From assembly GCA_903873475.1 (NCBI GenBank), contig CAIQON010000235.1, positions 1 to 59,870 on the forward strand: a stretch of 59,870 nt of DNA, in the 5' to 3' direction. Positions 58,207 to 59,870 of this stretch are shown here, in pieces. The notes below the pieces were generated by a model. It saw nothing but the letters and a program-made list of their open reading frames with translations. It had not been told where the DNA came from and searched no databases. Position 1 is the stretch's first letter, and each line of letters opens with the position of its first letter. The translations under genes and the position numbers were made by a program. The DNA comes from an uncultured bacterium (lineage in GTDB: Bacteria > Pseudomonadota > Gammaproteobacteria > Burkholderiales > CAIKXV01).

Positions 58207-59127
58207 TCAGATCGACGGCGGGTCTTCGCGCACGATGCGCTCGGCGAACTGCGGGTCGACATAGTCTTCATATGTGCCGGGCTTCGAGATCGCGCCGCAC
58301 GACAGCATCGCGTCGCGCTTCCACTCGAGCCCGGCGCGCTGGACGATCGGGTCGGTGCTCCAGACGCCTGTGGCCTTGTAGCCGTCGAAGCATGCGGCCA
58401 GCATGTCGTGTGGGACATCGGGCAGGTAGCCGGACACGACCCCGGCCAGTTCGGCGCCCGAGTGCGCCGCGATCCACTTCTGGGTGCGGTGCATCGCCCG
58501 CGTCACGCCCAGCACCGTGTCGGGATGGCTGCGGATGAACGCACGCGTCGTGTTGAGCGTGGTGTAGCAGGCCAGGCCGCGGTCGGAGGCGCGGTACCAG
58601 ACATGGCCGATGCCCTCTTCGATGGCCGCCTGCGCGAGCGGCTGGAACACCTGGATCACGTCGACCTCGCCTGCGCGCAGGGCAGCCACGTTCTCGGCCA
58701 TCGTGCGCTCGGGCGCGCGAAGCACCTGCCCGGGATCGATGCCGGCCAGCACGAGGTCGCGCTGCAGGCAGATCCAGGGCGTGGGCACTTCGCTCACCGT
58801 GGCGACCCGCGGACCGACCAGGTGCTGCATCGTGAAGCCCGGGTTCGGCGCGCGCCCGAGCACGAAGAACGGATCGCGGCCGACCACTTCGCAGAACGCC
58901 ACCGAATCGGACGCGGGGTCCTTGTCGAGCGCGATCATCAGCCGCATCGGGCCGCCCCACGACACCTCGGCGCCGCCGGCCGCAAGGATCTGGATCGTCT
59001 CGGCCGAGGTCTTCGGCGTGATCATGCCGACATCCAGGCCTTCGGCCCGCCAGGCGCCGAGTTCGGCGGCGGCGTAGAAGGGCGCATAGAACAGCGCACG
59101 GAAGTTCTCGATCAGGGTGAGTTTCAT
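58207..59127 (-). CDS. NMT1/THI5-like ABC-type substrate-binding protein, no signal peptide
   Basis: ENFRALFYAPFYAA...EGLDV, GGPMR, G.VDVIQVFQP; starts directly with the mature-like sequence. Confidence 0.8.
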   Translation of the reverse strand: MKLTLIENFRALFYAPFYAAAELGAWRAEGLDVGMITPKTSAETIQILAAGGAEVSWGGPMRLMIALDKDPASDSVAFCEVVGRDPFFVLGRAPNPGFTMQHLVGPRVATVSEVPTPWICLQRDLVLAGIDPGQVLRAPERTMAENVAALRAGEVDVIQVFQPLAQAAIEEGIGHVWYRASDRGLACYTTLNTTRAFIRSHPDTVLGVTRAMHRTQKWIAAHSGAELAGVVSGYLPDVPHDMLAACFDGYKATGVWSTDPIVQRAGLEWKRDAMLSCGAISKPGTYEDYVDPQFAERIVREDPPSI

Positions 59128-59265
59128 CGGGGCCTGTGCTGCGGACGATCGGAGCGAGGTCGGTGATCCTACAATGCATCACGGGGGCGTGCTGACGGGC
59201 ACGCCCGACGCCGGACTTACAATAGAATGCGGCCACCTCGCGCCGCACGAACCGGAGGAACCACG

Positions 59266-59859
59266 ATGTCCCGCCTCGATCCACTGCCCATCGGCGCAGT
59301 GCCCGAATTGCAGGAAACGTTCGAGAAGCACCTGGCCTCGAACGGTTACGTCCCCAACAGCCAGTTGATCATGCAGCGCCGCCCGAAGCTGGTGAAGGCG
59401 TGGCGCGTGCTTTCGCAGGCCGTGTTCGATCCCGATGGCGAGGTGAGCATCGCGTTCAAGCGCCTGCTCGCCTATGTCGTCGCGCGTACCCACGGCTGCC
59501 ATTACTGAATGGCGCACAACGCTGGGGGGTCTCTCCAGCAGGGTATTCCGGAAGACAAGCTGGCGCAGGTGTGGGAGTACCCCACCAGCCCGTTGTTTCC
59601 CGAGGCCGAGAAGGTCGCCATCGAGTTCGCCATCGCTGCGGCGTCTCAGCCGAACGACGTGACGGACGAACTGTTCGACCGGATGAAGCAGCACTGGGAC
59701 GAAGGCCAGATCGTCGAGATCACGGCCCTGATCTCCTACTTCGGCTTCATGAACCGGTGGAACGACACGATGGCCACGCCGCTCGAGGACAAGCCGGCGG
59801 CCGAGGCGCAGGCACACATCGCCAGCCATGGCTGGGAGCTGGGCAAGCACGGCAGGTAG
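59266..59859 (+). CDS. AhpD/carboxymuconolactone decarboxylase-like selenoprotein (UGA = Sec in CHYU), 197 aa
   Basis: RBS GGAGG with ATG 59266. In-frame TGA 59506-59508 sits at the second Cys position of the AhpD motif GCxYCxAH, and the frame continues to TAG 59859 with typical AhpD-like helices (AEKVAIEFA...QIVEITALISYFGFMNRWND). SECIS-like hairpin follows. Confidence 0.85.
59509..59539 (+). promoter_or_regulatory. Bacterial SECIS-like hairpin
   Basis: UGA + 12 nt + stem GCUGGGG (59521-59527) paired with CUCCAGC (59533-59539), loop GGUCU, resembling the E. coli fdhF apical loop and spacing. Confidence 0.75.
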
Positions 59860-59870
59860 CGCAAAGGCAG

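Noticed and set aside
940-58264. Many long antisense or alternate-frame ORFs (e.g. 29543-32170, 39467-41551, 49530-51674, 12417-14336)
   Set aside because: They are Arg/Ala/Gly-rich shadows of real high-GC genes with no family motifs.
59509-59859. Independent 116-aa gene starting at ATG 59509
   Set aside because: No RBS precedes it and it begins in the middle of the AhpD active-site helix; UGA recoding explains it better.
1-59870. Prophage, integron, IS element or retron explaining the cassette-like layout
   Set aside because: No integrase, transposase, reverse transcriptase, attC-like repeats or phage genes were recognised, and the genes lie in both orientations.

Overview
High-GC window that looks betaproteobacterial (Burkholderiales-like). 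It opens inside a giant type I secretion cargo gene (PhoX-like propeller, SdiA/YjiK propeller, Ig-like and lamin-tail repeats), followed by its TolC/ABC/HlyD exporter. Next come a lipoprotein and a WYL regulator that share a palindromic operator-like site. About 48 kb is then dominated by 15 Bug/TctC solute-binding paralogues with no TctA/TctB, interleaved with catabolic enzymes (CocE/NonD, deaminase, cupins, TcuA-like flavoprotein, amidase, two MmgE/PrpD, acyl-CoA dehydrogenase, two racemase-family proteins, M20 peptidase, PuuE-like deacetylase, a DUF1028 pair). Stress or nucleic-acid genes are scattered among them (CX5R phosphatase with a PARG/macro-like protein, ECF sigma with a double-zinc-finger anti-sigma, vapBC, SbcD/SbcC-like pair, SEC-C protein). 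The strongest hidden signal is at the far end: two apparent ORFs (59266-59859) read as one AhpD/CMD-like selenoprotein with an in-frame UGA in a C-x-x-U motif and an fdhF-like SECIS hairpin 12 nt downstream. Several deletion scars are visible (nitrilase, second PrpD, possibly a truncated methyltransferase). No rRNA, tRNA, CRISPR array or IS element was recognised. All family calls come from reading motifs by eye, not from database searches.
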